In this document: piece by piece, positions 1 through 10,862 of the stretch
Layout: every line of letters begins with the position of its first letter
Numbering within the stretch: the first letter of the stretch is position 1
Origin: an uncultured Candidatus Planktophila sp.
GTDB taxonomy: Bacteria; Actinomycetota; Actinomycetes; Nanopelagicales; Nanopelagicaceae
Direction: 5' to 3'
Length of the DNA: 63,489 bases
Assembly: GCA_964576165.1 (NCBI GenBank)
Contig: CAZNUC010000001.1
Span: 1-63,489, forward strand
Translations under genes and position numbers: made by a program
Notes under the pieces: generated by a model
The model's database searches: none
Told to the model about the DNA's origin: nothing
The model's input: the letters and a program-made list of their open reading frames with translations, nothing else

Positions 1-350
1 AATGTGAGTGGCAAGAAGCGGCCTTTGGCATGCTTGGTTTAGAGCACGCTTTATCTATCGTCGCCCAGACTATGGTTGAGACAGGTTTGCTTGATTGGGC
101 AGGAGTGCAGAATCGTATGAGCACAGCACCAGCGAAAATCGCAGGATATGGCGAACACGGTCGCGAGTTGTCAGTCGGCGCGCCTGCTCATCTCACTGTG
201 ATCAATCCGAATGCGCCTTTCCGCGTGGATCGCGACAGCCTTGCCTCTAAATCACGGAATACTCCCTTCCATGGAATGGAGTTCACTGCTCAAGTTGTCG
301 CAACGCTCTTCCATGGTCACATTGTTTTTGGCAAGGATAGATTCCAATGA
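1..350 (+). CDS. pyrC: Dihydroorotase, C-terminal part (gene begins upstream of window)
   Basis: Frame open from base 3 (CEWQEAAFGMLGLE); C-terminal SKSRNTPF motif; directly upstream of carA. Confidence 0.9.
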   Translation, partial: CEWQEAAFGMLGLEHALSIVAQTMVETGLLDWAGVQNRMSTAPAKIAGYGEHGRELSVGAPAHLTVINPNAPFRVDRDSLASKSRNTPFHGMEFTAQVVATLFHGHIVFGKDRFQ

Positions 351-1474
351 GTAAAGCCTTTCTTGTTCTAGATGATGGCCGGATCTTTGAAGGAGTGAGC
401 TGGGGCGCTACGGGCAAAACATTTGGTGAGGCTGTCTTTCAAACAGGAATGACTGGATATCAAGAAACGCTGACTGATCCCTCTTACCATCAACAAGTTG
501 TTGTGATGACTGCTCCTCACATCGGCAACACTGGAATGAACGCTGCAGATAATGAGAGCACGAAAATTTGGGTTGCGGGGTTTGTAGTTCGCAACCCATC
601 ACCCGTTACTAGTAACTGGCGAAGTGAAAAATCACTCGATGAAGCGATGCGGGAGCAAGAGATTATTGGAGTTTCGGGTATCGATACGCGAGCCCTTACT
701 CGCCACCTGCGAGATCGCGGAGCGATGCGTGTGGGCATTTTCTCTGACCTGGACCTTTCTCGGGAAGAGATGGTGATTGAGGTTCGCAAAAGCAAGCAAA
801 TGTCTGGCTCATTCTTAAGCGCAGATGTTTCAACACCGAAGAGCTACGTTATACCAGCCTCGAGCACGAAGAAATTTACTGTTGTTGCGTTAGATCTTGG
901 AATCAAATCAGCCACACCCAAAGCAATGTCGATGAGAGGAATTGAAACTCACGTTCTTCCATACAATGCCACTTACGAAGAGATTACTTCACTAAATCCT
1001 GATGGTGTCTTCCTTTCGAATGGACCTGGTGATCCGTCGACCATGACTGAGACGGTTAATCTTGTCAGGGAGTTACTAACAGAAGAAATCCCTATCTTTG
1101 GAATCTGTTTTGGCCATCAGATCCTCGGTCGTGCTCTTGGATTCGAGACATACAAACTACAATTTGGTCATCGTGGTATTAATCAACCAGTAATTGATAA
1201 GCGAACCGGAAAAGTAGAAATTACTTCGCACAATCACGGTTTCGCCATCGAAGCTCCCGTAGAGACTCAGTTCACGACAGTCTTTGGTCCTGGTCAAGTG
1301 ACGCATGTGTGTCTTAACGATGGTGTAGTTGAGGGTCTTGAACTATTAGATCGAGGAGCCTTTAGCGTTCAGTATCACCCTGAAGCCGCTGCCGGTCCTC
1401 ACGACGCTGCCTACCTCTTTGATGAGTTTGTATCTCTCATGGAAAAATATCCGCGGAAGGTGAGTGTCCACTAA
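347..1474 (+). CDS. carA: Carbamoyl-phosphate synthase small subunit
   Basis: [35 protein letters not shown] motifs. Confidence 0.98.
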   Translation: MSKAFLVLDDGRIFEGVSWGATGKTFGEAVFQTGMTGYQETLTDPSYHQQVVVMTAPHIGNTGMNAADNESTKIWVAGFVVRNPSPVTSNWRSEKSLDEAMREQEIIGVSGIDTRALTRHLRDRGAMRVGIFSDLDLSREEMVIEVRKSKQMSGSFLSADVSTPKSYVIPASSTKKFTVVALDLGIKSATPKAMSMRGIETHVLPYNATYEEITSLNPDGVFLSNGPGDPSTMTETVNLVRELLTEEIPIFGICFGHQILGRALGFETYKLQFGHRGINQPVIDKRTGKVEITSHNHGFAIEAPVETQFTTVFGPGQVTHVCLNDGVVEGLELLDRGAFSVQYHPEAAAGPHDAAYLFDEFVSLMEKYPRKVSVH

Positions 1475-4400
1475 TGCCGCGTGACACTTCTATCCAAAGC
1501 GTTCTTGTGATCGGTTCTGGGCCGATCGTTATTGGTCAAGCATGTGAATTCGATTACTCAGGTACACAGGCCTGTCGTGTACTCAAGGCTGAAGGAATCC
1601 GTGTCATTCTTGTTAATTCAAATCCAGCAACGATCATGACCGACCCGGAGTTTGCAGACGCCACATATATCGAACCGATTACTCCAGAGTTTATTGAAAA
1701 AATTATTGCAAAGGAGCGCCCTGATGCCGTTCTGGCAACTCTTGGCGGGCAAACTGCCCTCAATGCCGCAATTGGTTTATATCAAGCGGGAACGCTTGCT
1801 CGTTATGGAGTGAAGTTAATCGGTGCTGATGTTGATGCTATCGAGCGAGGTGAAAACCGCGAGATCTTTAGAACAATCGTTGAGAAAATTGGGGGAGAGT
1901 CTGCCAAATCCGTTATATGTCACACAATGGATGAAATTCTCGAAGGTGTAAAGATTCTCGGATACCCAGTCGTTGTCAGGCCATCTTTTACTATGGGCGG
2001 CCTTGGATCAGGTATCGCCTTTGATGAACCATCCCTTCAGCAGATTGCAGGTGCGGGACTTCGCCATAGCCCTACCTCAGAGGTGCTTCTTGAAGAATCC
2101 ATTATTGGGTGGAAGGAGTACGAGTTAGAGGTAATGCGTGATGCGACAGACAATGTGGTCATCGTCTGTTCGATCGAAAACATCGATCCGATGGGAGTAC
2201 ACACTGGAGACTCGATCACCGTTGCTCCCGCTCTTACTCTTACCGATGTTGAGTACCAGAAGCTTCGCGACCTTGCGATCGAAATCATCAGAGAGGTGGG
2301 TGTTGCAACAGGTGGTTGCAATATTCAGTTTGCTGTCAATCCAGATAACGGTCGCATAATTGTCATCGAGATGAACCCACGTGTTTCTCGTTCCAGTGCT
2401 TTGGCATCTAAGGCCACCGGATTTCCAATCGCCAAGATCGCGACCAAGTTGGCGATTGGTTACACACTTGATGAGATTGAGAATGACATCACTAAAGTTA
2501 CTCCCGCATCCTTTGAGCCCACACTTGACTATGTTGTAGTAAAAGCGCCCCGGTTTGCTTTCGAAAAGTTTGCAGATGCAGATCCAAGACTCACGACGAC
2601 GATGAAGAGCGTTGGTGAGGCTATGGCGATCGGTAGGTCGTTTCCAGAAGCTTTGATGAAAGCGCTTCGTTCATTAGAACGCAAAGAATCGATCTTTACA
2701 TTCCCACGAGAGATATCTGAGCAGAAGATATCAAGCCTTCTGAATCAAATCAGTACACCGACCGAGTATCGTCTCCAACAGGTACAACAGGTTCTGTGGG
2801 CCGGGATCAGCATTGATGAGGTCTTTGAAAAGACAAAAATCGATCGATGGTTCCTCACCCAGATTGAGTTGATAAATAGCGCCGCACGCGAGATTGCCCA
2901 ACGTGGTGAGATGACAGCTTCTCTCATGCGAAATGCGAAACAATGGGGATTTTCGGATACTCAAATCGCACTTCTCCGCGATTCAAGCGAGGAAGAGGTG
3001 AGAAAGAATCGGACACATTTAGGTGTGCGTCCTGTCTACAAAACGGTAGATACATGTGCTGCTGAATTTGAAGCCTTTACTCCTTATTACTACTCAAGTT
3101 ATGAAGAAGAGACTGAGGTGAAGTCACGCACCAAGCCTGCTGTGATCATCCTCGGTAGTGGCCCTAATCGCATTGGACAAGGAATTGAGTTTGATTACTC
3201 CTGTGTGCATGCTTCCTTTACTCTGCGCGAAGCCGGCTATGAAACGATCATGATTAACTGCAATCCTGAAACAGTTTCTACCGATTACGATACAAGCGAT
3301 CGACTTTATTTTGAACCTCTCACTCTTGAAGATGTTCTTGAAATTGTTCATGCCGAAACTCTTGCTGGCCCAGTGCTTGGTGTGATTACACAGCTAGGTG
3401 GTCAGACGCCACTCGGTTTGGCTGCTGGATTGAAGGCCGCCGGAATAACAATTCTGGGAACCAGTCCTGACGCGATTAACTTGGCAGAAGAACGTGGTGC
3501 ATTTGGTGATGTTCTGGCGAAAGTTGCCCTCAGCGCACCTAAATTTGGAATGGCATCGTCACAGATGCAAGCGATAGAGATCGCGGCCAAGATTGGATAC
3601 CCCGTTCTTGTACGACCATCCTTCGTTCTCGGTGGACGAGGAATGGAGATCGTCTATGACGATGCAGCGCTTTCATCCTTTATCTCCAGAGCAACAGATA
3701 TCACTCCTGATCGACCAGTTCTTGTCGATCGATTCCTCGATAGCGCGATAGAGATCGATGTTGACGCTCTCTACGATGGGCACGAACTCTTCCTTGGCGG
3801 AGTCATGGAGCATATTGAAGAAGCTGGGATTCATTCAGGTGATAGTGCGTGCGTTCTACCCGCGATGACAATTTCGCCCCATCAACTGCAAGAGATTCGC
3901 CAAGCCACTCTTAAAATCGCAGAGGGAGTGGATGTAAGAGGGCTTATCAATATTCAATTCGCTATTGCATCAGATCAACTCTACGTTCTTGAAGCAAACC
4001 CACGCGCCTCGCGCACAGTTCCATTTGTTTCAAAGGCCACCGGAGTTCCATTAGCTAAGGCGGCGGCTCGTATCTCAGTGGGTTCAACGATTGCACAGTT
4101 ACGAGAAGATGGAACGCTCCCAGAATTTGGCGATGGTGTCGCAAAGGGAATTTCAGTAAAAGAGGCGGTCCTTCCCTGGAATCGCTTTAGACGATCTGAT
4201 GGGCGTGGAGTTGATGCAGTGCTCGGACCTGAAATGCGATCGACTGGTGAAGTCATGGGAATCTCATCAACGTTTGGTGCAAGTTATGCCAAGAGTCAGA
4301 TCAGCGCCTTTGGATCTTTACCAAAAACGGGCTCAGTCTTTATCTCTCTCGCCGATAAGGATAAAGAATCTGGAGTTCGAGCAGCGTCGTCACTCTCGTC

Positions 4401-4743
4401 GCTCGGCTTTCGACTTTTTGCAACAACAGGAACAGCAGATTTCTTGCAATCTCATGGCGTAACAACAGCTCGCGTACGTAAAGCATCCGAAGGTGTTGGT
4501 CCATTCGGTGAGAGGACCATCGTGGATCTTCTTAACGCCGGTGAAATTGATCTCGTTATCAATACTCCTGTTGGACGTGGAACTCGTGCCGATGGCTGGG
4601 CCATTCGTACGGCAGCGGTGCAACGCTCAATTCCTTGTATTACAACTACCGCTGGCTTTAACGCTGCCGTTGAGGGAATTAAAGTTTTGCAATCGGGAGT
4701 TCTCGATGTTCGCCCAATTCAGGATTGGTTGAAAGACACATGA
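1474..4743 (+). CDS. carB: Carbamoyl-phosphate synthase large subunit
   Basis: [18 protein letters not shown], duplicated ATP-grasp domains, MGS C-terminus; TAATG coupling to carA. Confidence 0.99.
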   Translation: MPRDTSIQSVLVIGSGPIVIGQACEFDYSGTQACRVLKAEGIRVILVNSNPATIMTDPEFADATYIEPITPEFIEKIIAKERPDAVLATLGGQTALNAAIGLYQAGTLARYGVKLIGADVDAIERGENREIFRTIVEKIGGESAKSVICHTMDEILEGVKILGYPVVVRPSFTMGGLGSGIAFDEPSLQQIAGAGLRHSPTSEVLLEESIIGWKEYELEVMRDATDNVVIVCSIENIDPMGVHTGDSITVAPALTLTDVEYQKLRDLAIEIIREVGVATGGCNIQFAVNPDNGRIIVIEMNPRVSRSSALASKATGFPIAKIATKLAIGYTLDEIENDITKVTPASFEPTLDYVVVKAPRFAFEKFADADPRLTTTMKSVGEAMAIGRSFPEALMKALRSLERKESIFTFPREISEQKISSLLNQISTPTEYRLQQVQQVLWAGISIDEVFEKTKIDRWFLTQIELINSAAREIAQRGEMTASLMRNAKQWGFSDTQIALLRDSSEEEVRKNRTHLGVRPVYKTVDTCAAEFEAFTPYYYSSYEEETEVKSRTKPAVIILGSGPNRIGQGIEFDYSCVHASFTLREAGYETIMINCNPETVSTDYDTSDRLYFEPLTLEDVLEIVHAETLAGPVLGVITQLGGQTPLGLAAGLKAAGITILGTSPDAINLAEERGAFGDVLAKVALSAPKFGMASSQMQAIEIAAKIGYPVLVRPSFVLGGRGMEIVYDDAALSSFISRATDITPDRPVLVDRFLDSAIEIDVDALYDGHELFLGGVMEHIEEAGIHSGDSACVLPAMTISPHQLQEIRQATLKIAEGVDVRGLINIQFAIASDQLYVLEANPRASRTVPFVSKATGVPLAKAAARISVGSTIAQLREDGTLPEFGDGVAKGISVKEAVLPWNRFRRSDGRGVDAVLGPEMRSTGEVMGISSTFGASYAKSQISAFGSLPKTGSVFISLADKDKESGVRAASSLSSLGFRLFATTGTADFLQSHGVTTARVRKASEGVGPFGERTIVDLLNAGEIDLVINTPVGRGTRADGWAIRTAAVQRSIPCITTTAGFNAAVEGIKVLQSGVLDVRPIQDWLKDT

Positions 4744-5591
4744 GCACTATTAATAAGAGCGCAACGCAGATCACCTCAACTATCTTGAGTAATAAACGCG
4801 TGGGTGCTTATCATCAGATTCTTCTTGCTATTGGAGACTTGGCCGCTCTTTGTCGGCCCGGTAATTTCGTTGCGATTGCAGTCGGTGGAGATTCTTCGAA
4901 AATGATCCTACGTCGTGCCTTTGCTATCTCCCGAATAACGCACGGGAACGCCTCAGGTGGAGCGATGGAGTTGATCGTTGCACCGCATGGATCTGGATCA
5001 CGCTGGCTATGTGCCCAGCCTGAAGGTAGCGAGATCGACATTGTTGCCCCTCTTGGAAAAGCTTTTGGTATCCCGACAACTCCAGTGAAAGCACTTCTCG
5101 TAGGAGGAGGGTATGGGTCTGCGCCGCTCTTTGGTTTAGCAGAAGTTCTTAAATCACGTGGCTGTCGAGTAGATATGCTCCTTGGAGCAAGCACTGGTTC
5201 AAAGATCTACGCGCCCTTGGAAGGTAAACGCAGTGCGTCAACTCTCAAGATTTATACAGAAGATGGATCTATGGGGGAGCATGGACGAGTAACAGCTCCG
5301 ATTTCATCACTCATCGCTTCTGGTGCAGTCGATGTTATCTACTCCTGTGGACCAATGTCCATGTTACGCGCGATCTCTGATCTTACATCTGGCACAGATG
5401 TAGTGCATCAATGTGCTGTTGAAGAATCAATGGCGTGTGGAATTGGAATTTGTATGACCTGCGTTCTACCGGTGAAGGATGAATCGGGTTCAATCTCGAT
5501 GTTGCGTTCATGTATTGATGGTCCCGTAATGGATGCGAGCACCGTCGCTTGGGAGTTAGTTGGAAAAACACCTCCGGCGGTGAATTCGTAA
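4740..5591 (+). CDS. pyrK: Dihydroorotate dehydrogenase electron transfer subunit (family 1B)
   Basis: [20 protein letters not shown]...C [2Fe-2S] motif; ATGA overlap with carB suggests start at 4740. Confidence 0.92.
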   Translation: MSTINKSATQITSTILSNKRVGAYHQILLAIGDLAALCRPGNFVAIAVGGDSSKMILRRAFAISRITHGNASGGAMELIVAPHGSGSRWLCAQPEGSEIDIVAPLGKAFGIPTTPVKALLVGGGYGSAPLFGLAEVLKSRGCRVDMLLGASTGSKIYAPLEGKRSASTLKIYTEDGSMGEHGRVTAPISSLIASGAVDVIYSCGPMSMLRAISDLTSGTDVVHQCAVEESMACGIGICMTCVLPVKDESGSISMLRSCIDGPVMDASTVAWELVGKTPPAVNS

Positions 5592-6547
5592 TGAGCGCAT
5601 CACAGACATTTGATTACACCACGTCTCTCGCAGGGGCACATTTCCCAACCCCAATTTTCACAGCAAGCGGCTGCGCCAGTTCAGGAAAAGAACTTGCTCA
5701 GTTCTTTGATCTCACACAAGTGGGCGCAATTGTCACAAAGTCTGTAATGAATAAGCCTCGACATGGTCGCCCTACTCCTCGCATGGCTGAAACTCCATCA
5801 GGCATGCTCAATTCAATTGGACTTCAAGGCCCTGGGATCGATTATTTCTTAGCAAATGATGTCCCGTGGCTTCTGGAGAGAGGCGCCCGCGTTGTCGTCT
5901 CAATCGCAGGCGAGACGATTGATGAGTACGCAGTGTTGGCACGGAAGGTGCGTGCCGTCTCGGGCATTAGCGCGATAGAGGTCAATATCTCTTGCCCTAA
6001 TGTTGAAAATCGAGGAATGGTCTTTGCATGTGAAAGTGATACAGCAGCGCGAGCTATCGATGGTGTGCGAAAGATAATTGGTGGAGAGATCCCGATCATT
6101 GCAAAACTTACTCCTGATGTCACTGACATTACGACGATCGCATCATCGGTTGTTAACGCCGGTGCTGATGCACTCGCTCTTATTAACACCGTCCTAGGTA
6201 TGGTCATTAATCTGGACACGATGAGACCCCATCTAGGTGGAAAGACTGGTGGGCTTTCAGGACCAGCGATTAGACCAGTGGCAGTTCGCGCAATTTACCA
6301 AGTGCATAGCGCTATGCCACATGTACCAATTCTTGGCATGGGCGGTGTTGCCTCAGGTCGCGATGCTCTTGAACTTGTCCTTGCAGGTGCTTCTGGAATT
6401 TCAATTGGTACGGCAAGTTTCGGCGATCCGATGGCCTTGCCTCGAGTGCAACGTGAGTTGCAATCACTTCTCATCGCACGAGGTTTTACCTCGTTCAAGG
6501 ATGCTGTTGGTTATGCCCATCGATCAGAGACAGGGGGCGCACAGTGA
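5591..6547 (+). CDS. pyrD: Dihydroorotate dehydrogenase catalytic subunit (family 1B)
   Basis: TASGC, MLNSIGLQGPG, EVNISCPN, GGLSGPAI; TAATG coupling gives start 5591. Confidence 0.96.
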   Translation: MSASQTFDYTTSLAGAHFPTPIFTASGCASSGKELAQFFDLTQVGAIVTKSVMNKPRHGRPTPRMAETPSGMLNSIGLQGPGIDYFLANDVPWLLERGARVVVSIAGETIDEYAVLARKVRAVSGISAIEVNISCPNVENRGMVFACESDTAARAIDGVRKIIGGEIPIIAKLTPDVTDITTIASSVVNAGADALALINTVLGMVINLDTMRPHLGGKTGGLSGPAIRPVAVRAIYQVHSAMPHVPILGMGGVASGRDALELVLAGASGISIGTASFGDPMALPRVQRELQSLLIARGFTSFKDAVGYAHRSETGGAQ

Positions 6548-7245
6548 CATCACCAATTATTCTTGCTGTAGACACGCCTGATCTCGATATCGCGCGTCGT
6601 TGGATTGATGCTACTCGTGCCAGTATAGATATCTACAAGCTAGGTCTTGAATTCTTTTTAAGTCATGGCATCGATGGTATTGCATCGATTCAAAACCAGA
6701 CCGAGGCATCGATCTTTCTTGATCTTAAACTGCATGACATTCCAAATACAGTTTCGAAGTCAGCAGCAGTCGTTGAAAGACTGCACCCCCGATTTTTAAC
6801 GGTTCACGCCAGTGGTGGAAGGGCTATGGTCTCAGCTGCTGTGAGTGCGGTGACTACAACATCAATTACTGCGGTGACTATTTTGACATCGCTGGGTGAG
6901 AATGATTTAGCAGAGATTGGATTTAATGGCTCAGCCCTCTCGACAGCGCAGTCACTGGCGCAGGTTGCTGCAGATGCGGGAGCAACCTCAATAGTCTGTT
7001 CACCACATGAAATATCTGGAATTCGATCGGTGGTTGGTGATGCGATCGAGATCATTACTCCTGGAGTGCGGCCAGCAGATGAGACAGGTAGCGATGATCA
7101 GATAAGAACGATGACACCTGCACAAGCTATCGCGTTAGGTGCCAACTTTCTTGTCATCGGTCGCCCGATCACCTCGCGCTGGAGCCAAGGTTCGCAGGCG
7201 ATGGCAGATCGAGCGGCGGAGATCGTTGAATCAATTCACAAGTGA
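6544..7245 (+). CDS. pyrF: Orotidine-5'-phosphate decarboxylase
   Basis: FLDLKLHDIPNT, TPGVRP, VIGRPIT. Confidence 0.97.
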   Translation: MTSPIILAVDTPDLDIARRWIDATRASIDIYKLGLEFFLSHGIDGIASIQNQTEASIFLDLKLHDIPNTVSKSAAVVERLHPRFLTVHASGGRAMVSAAVSAVTTTSITAVTILTSLGENDLAEIGFNGSALSTAQSLAQVAADAGATSIVCSPHEISGIRSVVGDAIEIITPGVRPADETGSDDQIRTMTPAQAIALGANFLVIGRPITSRWSQGSQAMADRAAEIVESIHK

Positions 7246-7270
7246 TGGAGCGATTGGATAGATTAAGCAT

Positions 7271-8155
7271 ATGAAGCATCCTCCAGTTCTTACTGCAGAA
7301 CAGAGAAATGCTGCACTCGAGAAGGCGCGTGCATCCAGGGCGAGAAGAGCAGATGTGAAGTCAGAGGTCCGTAAGGGCAACTTATCTATAGAAGATATCT
7401 TCACTCTCACCCAATCTGATGAAGCCGTGGCAAAGATGCGAGTAGTTGAACTTCTTGAGTCATATGCCGGCGTAGGGAAAGTGCGCGCTATCGCAACCTT
7501 GGATAGACTTGGAATTTCTCGAACACGACGCTTACAAGGCCTTGGTACCCATCAACGTCAAGCACTCATTAAGGAGTTTTCGATTCCACGTAACGATGTT
7601 CATGATGGAACGCTCATTGTTCTCTCCGGTCCCGGGGGAGTAGGTAAGAGCACGGTCTCTCGAGAATTTCGAAAGCGCAGCGATTTTTGGGTGAGCGTAT
7701 CTGCTACTACGAGAAAACCCCGTGAGAAAGAAGTGCATGGAATTGATTATATTTTCCTGAGCGATGAAGAGTTTGATCGTGGAATTGGTAATGGTTATTT
7801 TCTTGAGTGGGCACACTTTGCTGGGGCTCGTTACGGAACGCCACGACAGCCTGTCTTAGATGCTCTTCACGACGGTAAAGACGTTCTTCTTGAGATTGAG
7901 ATTGAAGGAGCAAAGCAGGTGAAGAAGAATTGGAGTGATGCAATCCTTGTTTTCCTGAATCCGCCAACGTGGGAAGAACTGGTCTCACGACTAGAAGGCC
8001 GTGCCACCGATACCCCAGAACGTCGCGCAGAAAGACTTGCTCTTGCTCAAGATGAGATGGCCCAGGCTCCCCTTTTCGATCAAATCCTCGTGAACGACGA
8101 GGTCAATAAGGTGGTCGAGAGCCTGATAAGATTGGCTCATTCGCAGCGTTCATAA
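7271..8155 (+). CDS. gmk: Fusion: actinobacterial integration host factor (mIHF, about aa 1-104) plus guanylate kinase (about aa 113-294)
   Basis: N-terminal LTAEQRNAALEKA...KMRVVELLES.AGVGKVRA...LGIS.TRRLQGLG..QR (mIHF); C-terminal LSGPGGVGKST, SVSATTR.PR.KEVHGIDY.F (Gmk); one uninterrupted ORF. Confidence 0.93.
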   Translation: MKHPPVLTAEQRNAALEKARASRARRADVKSEVRKGNLSIEDIFTLTQSDEAVAKMRVVELLESYAGVGKVRAIATLDRLGISRTRRLQGLGTHQRQALIKEFSIPRNDVHDGTLIVLSGPGGVGKSTVSREFRKRSDFWVSVSATTRKPREKEVHGIDYIFLSDEEFDRGIGNGYFLEWAHFAGARYGTPRQPVLDALHDGKDVLLEIEIEGAKQVKKNWSDAILVFLNPPTWEELVSRLEGRATDTPERRAERLALAQDEMAQAPLFDQILVNDEVNKVVESLIRLAHSQRS

Positions 8156-8193
8156 CCTGAAGGCATGCATTCATAATCTTGTAGGAGGCAGTA

Positions 8194-8445
8194 ATGGACG
8201 GAATCACAAATCCACCGATCGATGAACTTCTCGATAAGAGCGGATCGAAGTACAGTCTCGTTCTTTACGCAGCTAAGCGCGCACGTCAGATCAACGCTTA
8301 TTACTCTCAACTAGGTGAAGGCCTCCTCGAGTATGTGGGTCCACTGGTTGAAACTCATGTTCATGAAAAACCACTTTCGATTGCACTTCGTGAAATCAAC
8401 GAAGGTCTTCTTACAATCGAAAATCTTGACCCAGCCGTTAAGTAA
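8194..8445 (+). CDS. rpoZ: RNA polymerase omega subunit
   Basis: [11 protein letters not shown]...[17 protein letters not shown]...[11 protein letters not shown]; AGGAGG RBS. Confidence 0.98.
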   Translation: MDGITNPPIDELLDKSGSKYSLVLYAAKRARQINAYYSQLGEGLLEYVGPLVETHVHEKPLSIALREINEGLLTIENLDPAVK

Positions 8446-8464
8446 TTCTTCTAACGGGTAGAAC

Positions 8465-9655
8465 GTGTCCACACGCGAAGTAGTTCTTGGCGTTGGTGGT
8501 GGCATAGCGGCATACAAATCATGTGATCTGCTTCGCCGTCTTCAAGATGCTGGTTTCGGTGTCACCGTTATCCCAACACCTGCCAGTCTTCACTTCGTTG
8601 GCAAGGCCACGTGGGAAGCGCTCTCAGGTAGACCTGTCACCACGACAGTGTGGGAACGCGTTGATGAAGTTCGCCATATTCATCTTGCCAAGGAGAGTAA
8701 CTTTAACCTTATCGCGCCAGCCACTGCAGATTTGATTGCGAGAATCGCGCACGGTCGTGCCGATGATCTGCTCACAAATACCGTTCTCGCAAGCAGCGCA
8801 CCGACGCTGTTTGTTCCTGCGATGCATCCTCAGATGTGGGCTAACCCTGCAACAGTTGCAAATGTCGCGCTCCTAAGAAGTCGAGGCTATATCGTGATGG
8901 AGCCCGATCATGGAAGATTGACGGGAAGAGATGTTGGGGTAGGGCGCTTTCCTGACACTGCTCGAATTCTGGAAACCTTTGCGCTCATCACAGACCCAGT
9001 TCAGGATTTAAAGGATGTAAAAGTCCTGGTCACCGCCGGCGGTACACGCGAGATGATCGACCCCATTCGATTTATTGGTAATCAATCTTCAGGTAGACAA
9101 GGGTACGCATTGGCACAGGCCGCGCTAAGACGTGGCGCCAAAGTGACGCTCATCCTTGCTAATAGCGCTCTTCCCGATCTAGTGGGTGCTACAACGATCA
9201 GAGTTCAGTCAGCTGATGAAATGTTTACACAAGTAAGTGATCACTTTGATTCTTGTGACCTCATAGCAATGAGTGCTGCAGTTGCAGATGCAAAACCATC
9301 GCACTTTAGCGCCGAAAAAATTAAGAAGGGATCGTTATCATCAATTGATCTCGCTCCGAATAAGGATATTATTGCAACTGTTGGCGAAAGAAAAACGAGT
9401 CAGGTCGTTATCGCATTCGCTGCCGAAACAACTCTCGATATAGAAGAAGGTGAGAGGAAGCTTCGCACCAAAAGTGCTGACATTCTCTTTCTAAATGATG
9501 TTGCTGGCAGTGAAATTTTTGGTTCAGAACAGACTCAGGGAGTGATCTTGACCTCACTCGGTGCAGATTCCATCTCCCGAGAGGTTGTAGAACGGATATC
9601 GAAAGACACGCTCGCCGATCTTCTTCTAGATCAGGCCTTAGGTAAGTTAGGTTAG
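8465..9655 (+). CDS. coaBC: Phosphopantothenoylcysteine decarboxylase/ligase
   Basis: [38 protein letters not shown]. Confidence 0.96.
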   Translation: MSTREVVLGVGGGIAAYKSCDLLRRLQDAGFGVTVIPTPASLHFVGKATWEALSGRPVTTTVWERVDEVRHIHLAKESNFNLIAPATADLIARIAHGRADDLLTNTVLASSAPTLFVPAMHPQMWANPATVANVALLRSRGYIVMEPDHGRLTGRDVGVGRFPDTARILETFALITDPVQDLKDVKVLVTAGGTREMIDPIRFIGNQSSGRQGYALAQAALRRGAKVTLILANSALPDLVGATTIRVQSADEMFTQVSDHFDSCDLIAMSAAVADAKPSHFSAEKIKKGSLSSIDLAPNKDIIATVGERKTSQVVIAFAAETTLDIEEGERKLRTKSADILFLNDVAGSEIFGSEQTQGVILTSLGADSISREVVERISKDTLADLLLDQALGKLG

Positions 9656-9659
9656 GACA

Positions 9660-10847
9660 ATGTCAAAACGCCTCTTCACATCAGAATCAGTAACCGAAGG
9701 CCATCCAGATAAGATCGCAGATCAAATCTCAGATGCCATCCTCGACTCGCTTCTAGCGCAAGATTCAAAGAGCAGAGTAGCGGTGGAGACACTTATTACA
9801 ACCGGCCAAGTGCATGTTGCTGGAGAAGTGACCACAAATGGTTACGCAGATGTCATGGGAATCATTCGTGACACCGTTATTGGTATCGGTTATGACTCAA
9901 GTGAAAAAGGTTTCGACGGCAATAGTTGCGGTGTCTCAATTTCAATTGGTCAGCAATCTCAAGATATTGCGCAAGGAGTAGACGATGCCTTTGAGCATCG
10001 AGTTGACTCAGCGGCTGACCCTTTAGATTTGCAGGGCGCTGGAGACCAAGGTCTTATGTTCGGTTACGCGTGTGATGATACAAAAGAGCTTATGCCACTT
10101 CCGATCTATCTCGCTCACCAATTAGCGCAGCAGTTGACTGCAGTGCGTAAGAGTGGAGCGCTTGGTTATCTTCGCCCTGATGGCAAGACTCAGGTCACAA
10201 TTGAGTACAACGGTGACAAGGCTGTTGCAATTGATACCGTTGTTATCTCAAGCCAGCACTCTGAGGATGTGGATGTCGTTAAGAAATTAACCCCAGAGAT
10301 CATTGAACATGTTATTAAACCTGTCCTGTCGAAAATTGATCTTCCTCAGAAAGATCTGCGAACACTTATTAATCCTACGGGCCGTTTCGTGATCGGTGGA
10401 CCAATGGGTGATGCGGGATTGACCGGTCGCAAAATTATCGTTGATACCTACGGTGGCATGGCTCGCCACGGTGGCGGAGCATTTAGCGGTAAAGATCCAT
10501 CTAAGGTGGATCGCTCAGCTGCATATGCGATGAGATGGGTAGCTAAAAACGTCGTGGCTGCTGGTCTTGCCCGTCGCTGCGAAGTTCAGGTTGCTTATGC
10601 GATCGGTAAGGCGCATCCTGTTGGTGTTTTTGTTGAAACTTTTGGCACAGAAACAGTTGATATCGCAAAAATTCAGGCAGCGGTTGTCTCTGTCTTTGAT
10701 CTTAGACCTGCAGCGATCATCGCAGACCTCAATTTATTGCGTCCGATCTATTCCAAGACAGCAGCATACGGACACTTCGGTCGTGAACTTCCAGATTTCA
10801 CGTGGGAGGCGACCAATCGAGTGGACGCGCTCCGCGCGGCTATTTAA
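9660..10847 (+). CDS. metK: S-adenosylmethionine synthetase
   Basis: [35 protein letters not shown]. Confidence 0.99.
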   Translation: MSKRLFTSESVTEGHPDKIADQISDAILDSLLAQDSKSRVAVETLITTGQVHVAGEVTTNGYADVMGIIRDTVIGIGYDSSEKGFDGNSCGVSISIGQQSQDIAQGVDDAFEHRVDSAADPLDLQGAGDQGLMFGYACDDTKELMPLPIYLAHQLAQQLTAVRKSGALGYLRPDGKTQVTIEYNGDKAVAIDTVVISSQHSEDVDVVKKLTPEIIEHVIKPVLSKIDLPQKDLRTLINPTGRFVIGGPMGDAGLTGRKIIVDTYGGMARHGGGAFSGKDPSKVDRSAAYAMRWVAKNVVAAGLARRCEVQVAYAIGKAHPVGVFVETFGTETVDIAKIQAAVVSVFDLRPAAIIADLNLLRPIYSKTAAYGHFGRELPDFTWEATNRVDALRAAI

Positions 10848-10862
10848 TTCCTCAATTTCACA

